Sequence record: NC_110934.1
Origin: Klebsiella phage KPP2018
Strand: one strand, 5' to 3'
DNA length: 64,000 nt
Part shown: positions 63,661 through 64,000 of the stretch, piece after piece
Numbering within the stretch: position 1 is the stretch's first letter
Layout: each line of letters opens with the position of its first letter
Translations under genes and position numbers: made by a program
The notes under the pieces: generated by a model
What the model was told of the DNA's origin: nothing
Database searches by the model: none
The model's input: only the letters and a program-made list of their open reading frames with translations

Positions 63661-63934
63661 CTTCATCCTCCCCACTACAATCACGACATACATCATAATC
63701 GTTGAAAGAACGTTCGTGAGCTTCACACCACCAAGAACAAGAATCGCAGAGAAACATTTCAGTTTTCTCAATTGCTTGGCCTAAAAGATCATCAGCTTCC
63801 TCAGCAGTAATCTTCAATCCGCACACATCTGCCACACGTTCTTTAATTAAACGACCTGCTTCGTGGTAAGACATACAGGTTCCCGCAACATCATGTTCAA
63901 GAACATGAACAGCACAGTCTAGACGAGTTTTCAT
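63653..63934 (-). CDS. Duplicate of Cys-rich protein 34189..34470
   Basis: Identical copy. Confidence 0.55.
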   Translation of the reverse strand: MKTRLDCAVHVLEHDVAGTCMSYHEAGRLIKERVADVCGLKITAEEADDLLGQAIEKTEMFLCDSCSWWCEAHERSFNDYDVCRDCSGEDEDE

Positions 63935-64000
63935 TTCAAACCTCTCTCATCAATTTATAAACATATTATAGCAAGAAAAGAGAGGTTTAGCAAATGAATT

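Larger units (their letters stand above)
45594..64000. repeat. Copy B of the direct duplication (continues past the window end)
   Basis: Identical to 16120-34536 apart from GGGG to GGG at about 16250 versus 45724, and replacement of 18546-18589 by 48019-48053. Confidence 0.9.

Overview
This window is from a T5-like (Tequintavirus-type) lytic coliphage genome; almost all genes are on the minus strand. In order it contains: (i) the right end of the late/structural module; (ii) a T5 pre-early-type block that probably corresponds to terminal-repeat content shown once; (iii) a plus-strand island of small genes bracketed by inverted DnaA-box plus LexA-box modules; (iv) a 1.7-kb non-coding, iteron-dense, origin-like region; (v) a T5-type early region; (vi) a tRNA region with about 24 tRNA genes plus several tRNA-like or structured non-coding elements and many tiny promoter-driven ORFs. 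The dominant structural anomaly is a direct duplication with a period of about 29.47 kb. Positions 16,120 to at least 34,536 recur at 45,594-64,000. The copies are identical except for one 1-bp homopolymer difference and one replaced block of about 40 bp, and the junction lies inside genes. This is either a genuine large tandem duplication or an assembly or concatemer artefact. Gene products were assigned by motif recognition and remembered family knowledge, without database searches. tRNA anticodons were hand-folded and several remain uncertain.
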